Positions 1 to 10,750 of a DNA stretch of 64,000 bases are shown piece by piece. The translations under genes were made by a program, and so were the position numbers. The DNA comes from Bacteroidota bacterium. GTDB taxonomy: Bacteria; Bacteroidota; Bacteroidia; Bacteroidales; F082. The stretch is from NCBI GenBank assembly GCA_018336075.1, contig JAGXRB010000261.1, forward strand, positions 221 through 64,220, written 5' to 3'. The notes under the pieces were generated by a model. That model was not told where the DNA came from, made no database searches, and saw only the letters and a list, made by a program, of their open reading frames with translations. The first letter of the stretch is position 1; each line of letters begins with the position of its first letter.

Positions 1-980
1 TCGTCTCCATTGATATCAAACTTAAGCTTGGCCAGCATACCAGACTTTTCAGCATAGGTTTTCAGAGTGCGTGTAAGACCACGCCGAAAACCAGCTAAGT
101 GAGTTCCGCCTTCGTGAGTGTTGATGTTATTGACGTATGAGTGAAGGTTTTCGGAGAAGGAAACATTATATTGCATTGCAATCTCCACCGGAATATCATT
201 GCGCTCACCTTCAATTGCAATGGCAAAAGGAATAAGTTTCTCGCGGCTTTCATCAAGATATTGGATGAAATCGGGCAAACCATTCGCAGAATAAAAGACT
301 TCAGTTTTGTAGGCACCGTTGTCGTCTTTTTCCCGCTCGTCTGTAAGGTTAATCGTCAGTCCTCTGTTCAAAAATGCAAGCTCCCGCATACGTGATGCCA
401 GGATGCTGTAATCATAATCCGTTGTGATGAAAATACTTGAGTCAGGTCTAAAGGTGATTTTTGTGCCATTTTTGTCTGAATCTGCAACAGCTTTCACATC
501 ATAAAGTGGCTTGCCACAGGAATATTCCTGAACAAACATTTTACCTTCACGATAAACCTCTGCACGAAGATGAACTGAAAGCGCGTTGACGCAACTTACA
601 CCAACACCGTGTAAACCGCCTGATACTTTGTATGAACCTTTGTCAAATTTGCCGCCAGCATGAAGCACAGTCATTACAACCTCCAGTGCAGAGCGGTTTT
701 CTTTTTCATGCAGACCTGTTGGAATACCCCTTCCGTTGTCTAAAACTGAGATGGAATTGTCTTCATGAATGGTGACATCAATCAAATTGCAATAGCCACC
801 CATAGCCTCATCGATGGAATTATCCACCACTTCATAAACCAAATGATGCAAACCTCTTATGTTCACATCGCCAATGTACATCGCAGGGCGTTTGCGCACG
901 GCTTCCAAACCTTCAAGCACCTGAATGTTACTGGCATTATATTCGTTGGTATCAATAATTCTTTTTTCTGCTTCTGTCAT
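1..980 (-). CDS. gyrB: DNA gyrase subunit B, N-terminal ATPase region (3' part runs off the window)
   Basis: Absent from the ORF track because it is open at the window edge. My minus-strand translation from the ATG at 980 reads MTEAEKRIIDTNEYNASNIQVLEGLEAVRKRPAMYIGD..HHLVYEVVDNSIDEAMGGY..GGLHGVGVSCVNALS. These are GHKL ATPase motifs typical of GyrB. Confidence 0.9.
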   Translation of the reverse strand, partial: MTEAEKRIIDTNEYNASNIQVLEGLEAVRKRPAMYIGDVNIRGLHHLVYEVVDNSIDEAMGGYCNLIDVTIHEDNSISVLDNGRGIPTGLHEKENRSALEVVMTVLHAGGKFDKGSYKVSGGLHGVGVSCVNALSVHLRAEVYREGKMFVQEYSCGKPLYDVKAVADSDKNGTKITFRPDSSIFITTDYDYSILASRMRELAFLNRGLTINLTDEREKDDNGAYKTEVFYSANGLPDFIQYLDESREKLIPFAIAIEGERNDIPVEIAMQYNVSFSENLHSYVNNINTHEGGTHLAGFRRGLTRTLKTYAEKSGMLAKLKFDINGD

Positions 981-1351
981 ATCTAATCAAGTCAATATAT
1001 TTAAAATAACGTGCAAAAATACGATTTTTTCATGAATTATTTTCCTTTGATCAGATTCAATTTTCGTGATTTATTAACAATTTCTGATTAATTCAATATG
1101 TACTGGAAATTATCATGTAATATTTATGTAAAAATCTTATATTCAATAACATTAATGGGTTTCACACTTCAACTGCTAACAAATTAATAAGGTGAAATAT
1201 TAGTTTTTGGGGGAGTTATGTACAAATGTAAGTCCTTCATATGAAATCATTAGGAGCATGAATAAAAAATTAAGACCTCAATGTATCAGAAATTTTAATT
1301 CTTTTTAACACAAAGCAGATTTTTACATCGCTTATCCAGAATGATTCTAAT

Positions 1352-1359
1352 TAATTTTG
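1352..1359 (+). promoter_or_regulatory. Bacteroidota sigma-A -7 box TAATTTTG upstream of the Fe3+ ABC operon
   Basis: Exact TAnnTTTG match about 24 nt upstream of the ATG at 1383. Confidence 0.5.
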
Positions 1360-1382
1360 CCGTTGAATTATAAAACTTGCAC

Positions 1383-2402
1383 ATGCGCTATTACATTTTT
1401 CTTATTTCTTTGTTTCTACTTCTTTTTCAATCATGTTCGATTGAAAAAGATGAAGTAATTAACGTTTATTCCGGACGCCACTACAGCTCAGATGAAGAAC
1501 TTTTTAAACGTTTTTCTGATCAAACCGGCATAAAGGTTAATCTCATAAAGGCTGATAGTGACCAGCTAATCAACAGACTTACGGTAGAAGGAAAAAACTC
1601 ACCTGCCGATCTCTTTATTACGGCTGATGTAAGCAGGTTGAGTCAGGCTGCAAATCTGGGTTTGCTTCAGGCCATTCCAAATGAAGTGTTTGAGGATAAG
1701 GTGCCGTCGAATTTACGTGACCCGAATGGTATGTGGACTGGTCTAACTAAAAGAGCCAGAGTGATAGTGTATGATAAGGGTCGCGTAAAAGATGGTGAAA
1801 TAGCTAATTATGAAGATCTTACAGATGTTCGTTGGAAAAACAGAATCCTGGCACGGTCTTCACAAAGTCATTACAACCAAAGTCTGATAGCTTCAATAAT
1901 AAGCGCCCTGGGAGTTGATAAATCCAGAGATTGGGTAAGCGGAATGGTTACCAATTTTTCACAGGAACCCAAAGGAAACGATCGTGATCAAGTGAAGGCA
2001 ATTGCTGCCGGAATTGGAGATGTAGCCCTTGTAAATACCTATTACTTAGGACTTTTGTTAAACTCTTCCAATCCTGAAGAGCGGGAAGTAGCTCAACAGG
2101 TTGGAATCATTTTTCCAAATCAGGGAAATAGAGGAACGCACGTCAATGTAAGTGGAGTTGCACTGACGGCCTCTTCATCAAACAGAGAAAATGCCCTTGA
2201 ACTTGTCAAATTTCTTCTGAGTGTTGAGTCGCAGGAATATCTTTCGTCAGAAAACTTTGAATATCCCGTGAATCCGGAAGCATCATGGCCCGCGCTTTTA
2301 ACAAACTGGGGAACCTTTAAGGAAGATTCAATTAACCTGAATTCATTAAATATGTATTTACCTGAGGCCATGATGATTGCCAATCAGGCTGGCTGGAAAT
2401 AG
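1383..2402 (+). CDS. Fe3+ ABC transporter substrate-binding lipoprotein (FbpA/AfuA-like)
   Basis: Track ORF 1377-2402. I prefer the ATG at 1383, which gives MRYYIFLISLFLLLFQSCS (lipoprotein signal plus Cys). The body resembles iron(III)-binding periplasmic proteins, and a permease and an ATPase follow. Confidence 0.8.
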   Translation: MRYYIFLISLFLLLFQSCSIEKDEVINVYSGRHYSSDEELFKRFSDQTGIKVNLIKADSDQLINRLTVEGKNSPADLFITADVSRLSQAANLGLLQAIPNEVFEDKVPSNLRDPNGMWTGLTKRARVIVYDKGRVKDGEIANYEDLTDVRWKNRILARSSQSHYNQSLIASIISALGVDKSRDWVSGMVTNFSQEPKGNDRDQVKAIAAGIGDVALVNTYYLGLLLNSSNPEEREVAQQVGIIFPNQGNRGTHVNVSGVALTASSSNRENALELVKFLLSVESQEYLSSENFEYPVNPEASWPALLTNWGTFKEDSINLNSLNMYLPEAMMIANQAGWK

Positions 2403-2408
2403 AGGCCG

Positions 2409-4031
2409 ATGAAAAACATCCTTTCCAAATCGTTTTTTTCACCTTGGGTAATTTCTGTACTCATTATAACCTTGCTGATTTCCATGCCTGTTCTGGTTAT
2501 ATTTAGCGGTTTATGGCAAGATGCAGGGATTTTTTGGATGCATATTCGTACCGAACTAGTCCCCGAATACATTAAAAACACTCTGATTCTGGCAATAGGA
2601 GTTTCAACTATCAGTTTGATTTTTGGAGTTAATCTGGCTTGGTTTATCAGTAATTTTGATTTTCCGGGAAGAAACTTTTTCAGTTGGGCATTGATAATGC
2701 CTATCGCAATTCCTGCTTATATCAGTGGATTTGCATGGGCCGGTATACTTGATTACACCTCTCCGGCCTACACTTTTTTGCGAAATACTTTTGGATGGAA
2801 CACCGGACAGTTTCTGTTTTTTGACATTTTAAGTATTTCAGGTGCAATTGTGATTTTTTCTTTTGCATTGTATCCCTACATTTATCTTATCGCAAAAGCA
2901 TATTTCGACAGGCAATCTGCAACAATGTTTGAGGCAAGCGCTTCGTTAGGACGTTCAAAAATTTACACCTATTTTAATCTTGCCTTGCCGATGGCACGTC
3001 CGGCAATTGCAGCTGGACTTTCGCTTGTTTTAATGGAAATACTGAATGATTATGGACTGGTGAAATACTTTGGAGTCGACACCTTTACAACGGGCATTTT
3101 CTCAGCATGGTTTGCTTTTGGAGATAAAAGTGCTGCAATGAAACTTGCTGTTTATCTGATGGTTTTCGTTCTTTTTTTACTGATTTTTGAGAAAATGCAA
3201 CGTCGGCGAATGCGCTATTCCGGAGTTTCTGAAGGTAAATTGATGTCAAGAATTAAAGTTCCAGGATTTGGCGGTTGGCTCATTTCTTTTTTCAGTGCAA
3301 TTCCATTTTTGATAGGTTTTGCATTTCCATTTCTTCAGTTGGTTTACTGGTCTTTTGATACCTGGGAACAATTTCTTTCTCAAGGTTTTATACGTTTGTT
3401 TGCAAACAGTTTTTTACTGGCTGCAATTTCTGCACTGATTGTAATGATTTCATCTGTTTTGATAATTTATACCTTGCGCTTATATAATTCCAGACGGTTG
3501 AAGGTGGTTTCAGTAATTTCGACACTAGGTTATGCACTTCCCGGCGCTGTAGTTGCTCTTGGACTTCTTGTAATTCTAACCTGGACCGAAAACTTTTTCA
3601 TCCGGCAATGGGGCTTAAAAATTGTAATTACAGGCACCTGGTTTGGATTAATCTACGCTTATCTCGTTCGTTTTATGGCTGTTGGATACCAGAGTGTTGA
3701 AAGTGGAAGTGAGAAAATTTCAAAAAGCATCGATCAAGCGGCTTTATCACTTGGTGCAGGAAAATTCCGAAACCTATGGTTTAACAGTTTACCATTGCTT
3801 CGTGCGTCCATAGTTTCAGGATTTTTACTTGTAATGATCGATGTGCTCAAAGAGTTGCCTCTGACACTTTTGTTGAGGCCATTTAATTTTGACACACTTG
3901 CCATCAGGGCATTTGAATATGCTTCTGATGAGCGTGTTTCAGAGGCAGCGCCGGCGGCTGTCATGATTGTGTTAGCGGGCCTGGTACCGGTTTTGATCAT
4001 CAATCGTTTAATTGGGAGGAGAAAAGTATGA
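2409..4031 (+). CDS. Iron ABC transporter permease (fused double permease, FbpB-like)
   Basis: 540 aa, polytopic, with two BPD-transporter-like halves. It lies between the binding protein and the ATPase and overlaps the next gene by 4 bp. Confidence 0.85.
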   Translation: MKNILSKSFFSPWVISVLIITLLISMPVLVIFSGLWQDAGIFWMHIRTELVPEYIKNTLILAIGVSTISLIFGVNLAWFISNFDFPGRNFFSWALIMPIAIPAYISGFAWAGILDYTSPAYTFLRNTFGWNTGQFLFFDILSISGAIVIFSFALYPYIYLIAKAYFDRQSATMFEASASLGRSKIYTYFNLALPMARPAIAAGLSLVLMEILNDYGLVKYFGVDTFTTGIFSAWFAFGDKSAAMKLAVYLMVFVLFLLIFEKMQRRRMRYSGVSEGKLMSRIKVPGFGGWLISFFSAIPFLIGFAFPFLQLVYWSFDTWEQFLSQGFIRLFANSFLLAAISALIVMISSVLIIYTLRLYNSRRLKVVSVISTLGYALPGAVVALGLLVILTWTENFFIRQWGLKIVITGTWFGLIYAYLVRFMAVGYQSVESGSEKISKSIDQAALSLGAGKFRNLWFNSLPLLRASIVSGFLLVMIDVLKELPLTLLLRPFNFDTLAIRAFEYASDERVSEAAPAAVMIVLAGLVPVLIINRLIGRRKV

Positions 4032-5065
4032 TTGTTTTAGAGGCTTTCAATTTGAAGAAGAAGTATGCAGGAGAAATTGAGTTTGCTGTTAACGACTTTA
4101 ATGCGAATATATTAAAAGGTGAAATTGTTGCGCTTCTTGGTGAAAGTGGCTGTGGTAAAACAACAATCCTTCGGATGATAGCTGGTTTTGAAAAACCTGA
4201 TGATGGCTTTCTAAAACTCAAGAGTCAAAAGATTGCTTCAAAAGATTTTGTGACTGCCCCTGAAAAAAGGGGGATTGGAATTGTTTTTCAAGATTATGCG
4301 CTTTTTCCGCATAAAACAGTGAATGAAAATATTCTTTTTGGTTTATTCAGATTAAACAAGGATGAAGCACAAAAGAGATTGATTGAAATGGTAGCTCTGA
4401 CAGGGCTTAAAGGATTGGAAAAGCGTTATCCGCATGAGCTCTCAGGAGGTCAGCAGCAGCGCGTTGCTTTGGCCAGGGCATTGGCTCCTGACCCGGCAAT
4501 ATTGCTGCTCGATGAGCCTTTCAGCAATCTGGATGCGATGCGCAAAAATGAATTGAGGTTTGAGTTGCGAGACATTATCAGAAAGGCAGGAACAACTGCA
4601 ATCTTTGTAACACACGATACGCGTGATGTTTTAGCAATTGCCGACAGGGTTTTCGTTTTAAAGAAAGGTGTAACAATTCAACAGGGAACTCCGGAAGAGG
4701 TTTACAGAAAACCTGCAGATTCATATGTTGCTTCCTTTTTTGGTAAAACAAATATCATTGCAGTTGATTCAAATTCAATGTTTTTGGAAGATTGTTTCGA
4801 TCTCACTATACAAAAAACTGACCATGAAAAGAATTTGGTATCTATCAGACCAAGGGCTTTTAGGATTGCCGAAGCACATACTGAAGGTGCATTTGAGGCT
4901 AAGGTGCTGGAACAGTTGTATTTTGGAGAATTTCTCGAACTCATTTGTGAAACTTTAAAGCAACCAACAAAATTAGTTGTGCATGCAGACCCTGATTTTG
5001 TTGTCAGTTCAGGAAAAATATGGCTTTGTGTTCAAGCTGAAGATGTCACGCTTATCAAGCATTGA
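4028..5065 (+). CDS. ABC transporter ATP-binding protein (FbpC/PotA-like)
   Basis: Walker A GESGCGKTT, signature LSGGQQQRVALARAL, Walker B LLLDEP, and a C-terminal regulatory domain. Confidence 0.9.
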   Translation: MIVLEAFNLKKKYAGEIEFAVNDFNANILKGEIVALLGESGCGKTTILRMIAGFEKPDDGFLKLKSQKIASKDFVTAPEKRGIGIVFQDYALFPHKTVNENILFGLFRLNKDEAQKRLIEMVALTGLKGLEKRYPHELSGGQQQRVALARALAPDPAILLLDEPFSNLDAMRKNELRFELRDIIRKAGTTAIFVTHDTRDVLAIADRVFVLKKGVTIQQGTPEEVYRKPADSYVASFFGKTNIIAVDSNSMFLEDCFDLTIQKTDHEKNLVSIRPRAFRIAEAHTEGAFEAKVLEQLYFGEFLELICETLKQPTKLVVHADPDFVVSSGKIWLCVQAEDVTLIKH

Positions 5066-5139
5066 AGTTCATTTTTTGATGAAATTTTGACCTTTGTTTT
5101 TGCCAATTCAGGCAAAAGATTAATTTGATTTTTCCCAAA

Positions 5140-6861
5140 CTAAAACCTTAAACTCATCCCTGCAAAAAGTTGTAGCCCCTGAACAGGGTAATTATAGAAC
5201 CGCTCATAACGGTTGTGAAGGAGGTTGTTTACCTGTGCAAAAACTGTAAACTGCTCATTTATTGCATATTCAGCTCCCAGATTTATGTCTGTGATTGGTT
5301 TAAGCGTAACAAGATTCTCGATGCCATTCACATAAGAGGGTGCATAGCGCTTGTCTTCGAAAAGCAATTCCGACTTCAACCTTAGTTTTTCATCAAACTG
5401 GTATCCGGCTATGAAATGCATCTGGAAACCTGGCATATGCCATGCTTTAGTGAGGCTGTCCATCGTATATTGGTCAAAAAGTAAGCGGGTGCCAATATTA
5501 ATTTTGTCTGTCAGCTTATAAGAGGCTTCTCCGGAAAAGCGCAGTTTTTTGATATTGTCAAAAGCTACTGTCAGCGTATTTTGAAATACTGTACTCGTAT
5601 CTGTGATAAAAAATCCTGCATGATCAGTTTCTTCATAACGAAGTCCAAGATGCAAATCCAGATTTTTTATGACTCCTGTTTTAATGCCGGTTTCAAAGAT
5701 AAAGCGCGAATTGGACCACCATGCCATCTCACCTGAACGCAAAAATGGATTGATTTCAGTAATCTGGCTTAGGTTATGCCGTTCAATCTGACCATCCATC
5801 ATTGCAAAAAGCTCAACTTTTTGATCGAACATAAACAGCTTGCCGGAAAGCATGGGATAAGCAAATAGATGGGAACTGGAGTCGTTCATAAATTCGAAGC
5901 GAAAGCCTGCGCTAAATTCGTAGAAACTACCAGTTAGCTTCAAACTGGGTAACAAACCAAGCCGGAAATCATTAAATCCCGATATTGAATCTTTGTTGGA
6001 ATAGAATCCGTTTTCGATGTCTAATCCAATTGTTTGTGTACCTGAATAACGGAACAGTTCGAAATTTTTCCTTAAATCAGCATCAATTTCAAAGCTTTGT
6101 TCACTGGCTTTAAATCGATCTCTGAAATTATTATATCGAATGGAGGCTTTATGATGCAGTGCATAAAAATCTTTATAGTTGCTGTTTAACACGGTTTCTA
6201 TTCCAATGTTCTGATAATGCTGAGCAATTGAATCTTTTGTAAAATTATCATTTGGAAAGTCGTCTGGCTTGAAACCATAATAGCGATTATGATTTCGCTT
6301 ATAATATAGATTTGTTCGCAAGGTATGGTTGCTGAAACTGTGATTAAGGCCGGCAGAAAAAGTGTTTTTCATCCAGTCGGATGGCGCATAATCCTGCACA
6401 TTTGTCCATGAAGATAAATGTTGAATTCCCAAATCAAAAGATGTTTGTTTTCCAAGTTCAGAGTGGTGTTGAAAAAGAAAAATCGGACTGATATTTGAGC
6501 CTAGGCCAGCCCGCACATAGTTGTGGAAGGTGTTTTTCTTTCCTCTGATCTGCACTGTTAACGGACTGATCAGCTCTGCATCACTTTTTGTTAAAAGTAC
6601 ATTGTCAACTTTTGTAAACTTTGGTTTAAATGCCTCTATGCCTGAAGCTGGTGTTTCCGGCTTGAGATTTATTTTCTGAAACTCTTGCAGACTTGGTTGA
6701 AATGAGCCGACAACTGTTACACGTTCACTATGTGTCTGACCCATTAAGACTACCGGCATCAGGATTGCCAAACTGACAAATGCCGTCATAGAGCTTAGAA
6801 AAACTATATTGCTGTATCTTTTTATTTTGCTAAACATATCTTTAAATTGCAGATAATTCAT
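5140..6861 (-). CDS. Outer-membrane beta-barrel protein (TonB-dependent-receptor-like barrel C-terminus, no obvious plug)
   Basis: 573 aa with an N-terminal signal/TM segment, alternating aromatic beta-strand pattern and a terminal ...GMSLRF. It lies directly downstream of the TPR gene. Confidence 0.55.
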   Translation of the reverse strand: MNYLQFKDMFSKIKRYSNIVFLSSMTAFVSLAILMPVVLMGQTHSERVTVVGSFQPSLQEFQKINLKPETPASGIEAFKPKFTKVDNVLLTKSDAELISPLTVQIRGKKNTFHNYVRAGLGSNISPIFLFQHHSELGKQTSFDLGIQHLSSWTNVQDYAPSDWMKNTFSAGLNHSFSNHTLRTNLYYKRNHNRYYGFKPDDFPNDNFTKDSIAQHYQNIGIETVLNSNYKDFYALHHKASIRYNNFRDRFKASEQSFEIDADLRKNFELFRYSGTQTIGLDIENGFYSNKDSISGFNDFRLGLLPSLKLTGSFYEFSAGFRFEFMNDSSSHLFAYPMLSGKLFMFDQKVELFAMMDGQIERHNLSQITEINPFLRSGEMAWWSNSRFIFETGIKTGVIKNLDLHLGLRYEETDHAGFFITDTSTVFQNTLTVAFDNIKKLRFSGEASYKLTDKINIGTRLLFDQYTMDSLTKAWHMPGFQMHFIAGYQFDEKLRLKSELLFEDKRYAPSYVNGIENLVTLKPITDINLGAEYAINEQFTVFAQVNNLLHNRYERFYNYPVQGLQLFAGMSLRF

Positions 6862-6882
6862 TGAAATAGTATTGTTTACCTG

Positions 6883-9800
6883 TTATTTTAACATAGATAA
6901 TTTTCTGGCTGCTTCCTGTCGGAGGTCTTCGCCTTTATAGTTGTCGACAATACTCTTCAGCGTTTCTTTAGCCTGAAAAATATTGTTGTTCTTCACGTAA
7001 ATATCGGCAAGCAGAATAAAACTTTTTGCAACCCAATAGTCTTGACTGGCATATTTCTCCGCAAGGTCGAATATCTGATTTTCGGCATCATCAAGAAAAT
7101 TATTTTCAAAACTGATGCGTGCAATAAGATAGTATGCTTCGGCACCCATTGCACTGTTATTCAGCCGGTGGGTTTTCATCAATTCCTCTTTGGCATCAAG
7201 GTATCTTTTGGTTTCGAAAAGCGATTTTCCGGCAATATAATGCGCTTGCAACTGTTGCTCTGGCCTGACTTTTTCATTTGACAGAAGCTGGCGCGAAGAC
7301 TGAATTGCTTCTTCATATTTCCCCGTGAAATAGCTGCTTTTCATTTTACCCTCTAAGGCTTCCAATCTTTCATTGGGGTCATCAGAAAGGGTGTAAAGAT
7401 TTGAATAGTACCTGTATGCCTCATCATATTTTTGCCTGTCGTATTGAATACGGGCTGCGGCAAGCAATGCTTCTTCCAGATATGGATTATTGTTGACGCC
7501 AATTATATATTCCAGACTCCTGAGTGCTTCATCGGTTTTGTTATTGCTAATGTCTATCTTCGATTTGTAATGATGTGCCTGGAGGGTGAAGCCTCCATTA
7601 GGATAATTTTTCAGGTAGGAACTGAATGCCTGCGCTGCATCATTGTGACGATTTTCGTTGTAAAAATTTTCTGCCATTGTAAATGCAAGAGAATCCTGCT
7701 CCGACACACTGACTTCCCCGAATCCCATTCTTTTTGCATAAACAAAGTAGTCCTCGAGCTTATTCATTTCCATGTAAATAACTCTTAAAGTGTTTAATGC
7801 TTCTCTTGCATCGGGTGTGCCAGGATATGTTTCTGCAACTTTTTTTAGTTGGGTTATTGCCTGTTCATTTTGATTGTTGTTGAAATATATCAGCCCTGTT
7901 TTTAATAAAGCCGCACGCGCAAAAGTTGATCTGGGACGCTCACGAATAAGCTTGTCAAAATAACCAAGCGCACTTCTGTAGTCATTTGAAATCAGGCTGG
8001 TAGCGCCCATTTCGTACAAGGCGTTGTCATAATATGCAGACTTTGAATATCCTTTAACCAATTGATCGAGCGCATTTATTTTTTCATTGTGCCGGCCCAT
8101 TGCGCTGTGAGCAATGCCTTGTTGAAATAACCCATAATCAGCCTCGGCTTGTCTTGCACTCACCACTTTTCCATATGCTTCAATGGCTTTATCATACTCC
8201 TTGCTGATAAAATGGCAATCTCCTATACGCAGCCATGCATCATAAAGCAGTCGTGGTTCTTTTGATGAGGGAGCAGCAGTATATTGACGAAATGAGGACA
8301 AAGCTTGTTGATACTGTTTAAGATAATAAAAGGAATAGCCAAGATTATAGTTTGCCAAAGGTACAAGTTGGGTTTTTGAAGCCTCTCTGTGCGCCAAAAA
8401 TTGTCTGTAAAATTTTTGTGCATCAACATAATTTTTCTGTTGAAATTTTGATTCAGCAAGCCAAAACAGGGCAGGGGCAGCATAAGTAGAATTGTTGTTG
8501 TGCTGAATCCGCGAAAAGTATTCACTGGCTTTAGTGAAATTATTTTCATTAAAAAGATTAACAGCTAGAGTATACGTAAGTTGCTCATAAATAGACTGCA
8601 TCTCGGCATTTCTGTTTTTGTTCTTTTCAAGTGAAGCCAAAGCAGCATCGTAATCACGTGTTTTCAGGTAAAGTTGAACGATCAAATTTCTGGCTTCATT
8701 GATTCTTGTAGAAGATGGATTTGTTTCGATGTATTGTTCAATCAGACCAACAGATTCATTGTATGGATCAGTACCTGTTTCAAGACTTAACAACGCATAA
8801 TTGAAAAGCGCGTCTTCGCTTAAACCAGCATCATAGGTGGCTTTGTGTGCTGCAAGAAAGGCATTGCGGGCAAATGTTTTTTGGTTGGTTTCAAGATAAG
8901 TCTGCCCAAGATAATAGGATGCACTTTGGCTTAAGGCATCCTTATCATCGATAACTTGCTGAAAACTAGCAATAGCATCATTGAAATTGCTTGTTTTATA
9001 GCGACTTATGCCCATCTGATAATGATCTTCACGACTCATCTGCCGCCGATTCTGATTTTCAAACATTGCATAATAACTCAAAGATTTGATGTAGTCTTCC
9101 TTTTTGTAATAGGCATCAGCAATCATGCGTGCAATTTCACCTCTGCGCCGGTTTTCGACCAATTGCATCACTTCATCACCTTTTTCAATTACCAGGTCGT
9201 AATCTCCCTTTCGGTAATGAATCTGTAACTCATATACCGGAACGATTTTTTTGTATTGGCCATCGTTTCGAATGCGTCTGAAATGTTCTATTGCATCATC
9301 ATCATTGCCTCTTAAATACTGAATGTGTGCATAGTAATAAACCGCTCCTTGCTGATAAGGGCTCTTAATGTCTTTAATTCTGGAAAAACGCTCAAGTGCT
9401 TCATCAGGCTGATTTTGTCGGAAAAGACAAAATCCTGTTTTATAATCCAGTTCATATTTTTCAAAATCCGGCAAATCAGATGGATTAACCTTATTAAATG
9501 CTGTCAAAGCATCAGAATAGCGCTTTTGTTCAAACTGAACGCGTCCTTCAAGAAAGTAGGTTCGCGGCATCCAGCTGCTGCTTCGATTTTGACGCGAAAA
9601 TTCTTTTACTTTTTCTGAAGCATCTTTTTCACCTGACTGAACTGCACAAAGCAATTCATAATAGGTCGCATCGGCATAATAGACACTGTTTTTGTCCTTT
9701 TCTGATTTTTTAAACAACTCAAGCTTTTGCCTGGCAGCTCCGTATTGTTCTTTTTGAATAAGGTCAAGACTTTCGCGCAAAAGCAAAGGCTTTTCATCAA

Positions 9801-9888
9801 AATATTTTTGATGTTGTGCCTGCAAAAAGCTAAACGGTACTAGGGCAATCCAGAGGAAAAGATTTTTGATAAGATTTCTAAGACTCAT
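6883..9888 (-). CDS. Large tetratricopeptide-repeat (TPR) protein
   Basis: 1001 aa with a signal peptide and many Y/A/L-rich 34-aa TPR-like units throughout. Confidence 0.75.
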   Translation of the reverse strand: MSLRNLIKNLFLWIALVPFSFLQAQHQKYFDEKPLLLRESLDLIQKEQYGAARQKLELFKKSEKDKNSVYYADATYYELLCAVQSGEKDASEKVKEFSRQNRSSSWMPRTYFLEGRVQFEQKRYSDALTAFNKVNPSDLPDFEKYELDYKTGFCLFRQNQPDEALERFSRIKDIKSPYQQGAVYYYAHIQYLRGNDDDAIEHFRRIRNDGQYKKIVPVYELQIHYRKGDYDLVIEKGDEVMQLVENRRRGEIARMIADAYYKKEDYIKSLSYYAMFENQNRRQMSREDHYQMGISRYKTSNFNDAIASFQQVIDDKDALSQSASYYLGQTYLETNQKTFARNAFLAAHKATYDAGLSEDALFNYALLSLETGTDPYNESVGLIEQYIETNPSSTRINEARNLIVQLYLKTRDYDAALASLEKNKNRNAEMQSIYEQLTYTLAVNLFNENNFTKASEYFSRIQHNNNSTYAAPALFWLAESKFQQKNYVDAQKFYRQFLAHREASKTQLVPLANYNLGYSFYYLKQYQQALSSFRQYTAAPSSKEPRLLYDAWLRIGDCHFISKEYDKAIEAYGKVVSARQAEADYGLFQQGIAHSAMGRHNEKINALDQLVKGYSKSAYYDNALYEMGATSLISNDYRSALGYFDKLIRERPRSTFARAALLKTGLIYFNNNQNEQAITQLKKVAETYPGTPDAREALNTLRVIYMEMNKLEDYFVYAKRMGFGEVSVSEQDSLAFTMAENFYNENRHNDAAQAFSSYLKNYPNGGFTLQAHHYKSKIDISNNKTDEALRSLEYIIGVNNNPYLEEALLAAARIQYDRQKYDEAYRYYSNLYTLSDDPNERLEALEGKMKSSYFTGKYEEAIQSSRQLLSNEKVRPEQQLQAHYIAGKSLFETKRYLDAKEELMKTHRLNNSAMGAEAYYLIARISFENNFLDDAENQIFDLAEKYASQDYWVAKSFILLADIYVKNNNIFQAKETLKSIVDNYKGEDLRQEAARKLSMLK

Positions 9889-9983
9889 CCTGAGATATGT
9901 GTTTTTGGCAAGTGGTTAATTTTGAAGAATTAGCTTCAATATTTAGATTTTAAACTCTCAAACGAATGGATTCGAAAGATATT

Positions 9984-10022
9984 GCAAAACAATCCGGCAA
10001 CACTTAAGTTACCGGATTGTTT
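9984..10022 (-). terminator. Rho-independent terminator of rnpB
   Basis: The AAAACAATCCGG / CCGGATTGTTT stem is followed on the minus strand by a T-rich run. It starts immediately after the P1 3' strand. Confidence 0.6.
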
Positions 10023-10410
10023 GGACAGCATCATAAGCAGGATTCTGTATCAGGTTGTCATTTATCTGGGCTTTTCGTCACCGAAAAGCTCAAGCAGCCT
10101 ACCCACCGACATCGGACGAAGCAGCCCTCTTTTCCGCACAAGGCGGTTTTTGCCGGCATATTTGGCCTTGCAGCCCATAAGGTTTACCCACGCACCAGGT
10201 CGCCCTGTTGCATCGTGAGCTCTTACCTCACGTTTTCACCCTTATCCGTTCAAGGACTGGTCCCCGAACGGACGGTAATTTTCTGTGGCACTCTCTGTTG
10301 CTGTTTCGTTTCCAAAACAGCACCTTCCCGTTAGGAAGTATGGTGCTCTTTGCTGTCCCGACTTTCCTCGGCGTTTAATGAAAAACGACGCGACAACCGT
10401 TGCTATCCGC
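10019..10410 (-). ncRNA. rnpB: RNase P RNA, bacterial type A
   Basis: The minus strand contains GAGGAAAGTCGGGAC, ACAGAGAGTGCCACAGAAA, GGTAAGGGTGAAA, GGTAAGAGCTCAC, GCAAGGCCAAATA, GGTAGGCTGCTTGAGC, AGATAAATGAC and ACAGAATCCTGCTTAT. A P1 helix forms between GGATAGCA (10401-10408) and TGCTGTCC (10023-10030). Confidence 0.93.
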
Positions 10411-10412
10411 TG

Positions 10413-10420
10413 CAAAGATA
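10413..10420 (-). promoter_or_regulatory. -7 box TATCTTTG for rnpB
   Basis: The plus strand reads CAAAGATA. The box ends 5 nt upstream of the first P1 nucleotide (10408), the spacing expected for a TSS. Confidence 0.6.
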
Positions 10421-10700
10421 GTGTTTTTGCAGTCTAAGCTAATCCGTTTGCTTGTCTGAAGCTTTTTAAAGCAAGTCTTTCAATAAAGCTCACCACCTGG
10501 TGTTTGCACTATGTCTTTACTTTAAGTAATTAATTCTTTCGGCTAAACTAAGACACTCAATTTTCGAAAGCCTTAACATGCCAACTTTAAAGTGTATGAG
10601 CGCAAATCAGCGGTACAAGCATATTTAATGAAATCATAGGTTTCCTGAATTTAATTAGGGGGAGTGTTTTATCTGATCAATTTCACTTCATTTGTTTTCT

Positions 10701-10708
10701 TAATTTTG
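10701..10708 (+). promoter_or_regulatory. -7 box TAATTTTG upstream of the MATE gene
   Basis: Exact TAnnTTTG match about 43 nt upstream of the ATG at 10751. Confidence 0.45.
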
Positions 10709-10750
10709 CGGCCTTTATTAACTCCTCTGCATCTGCAACTATTTTACTGA

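Noticed and set aside
95-986. ORFs 95-316(-), 141-395(+) and 765-986(+)
   Set aside because: All lie inside, in other frames of, or antisense to the partial gyrB reading frame. That frame translates cleanly from the ATG at 980 to the window edge.
9982-10334. Two plus-strand ORFs (78 and 105 aa) in a locally GC-rich patch
   Set aside because: The region is the antisense of RNase P RNA, which is identified by multiple universally conserved type-A motifs and a P1 helix. It is not coding.
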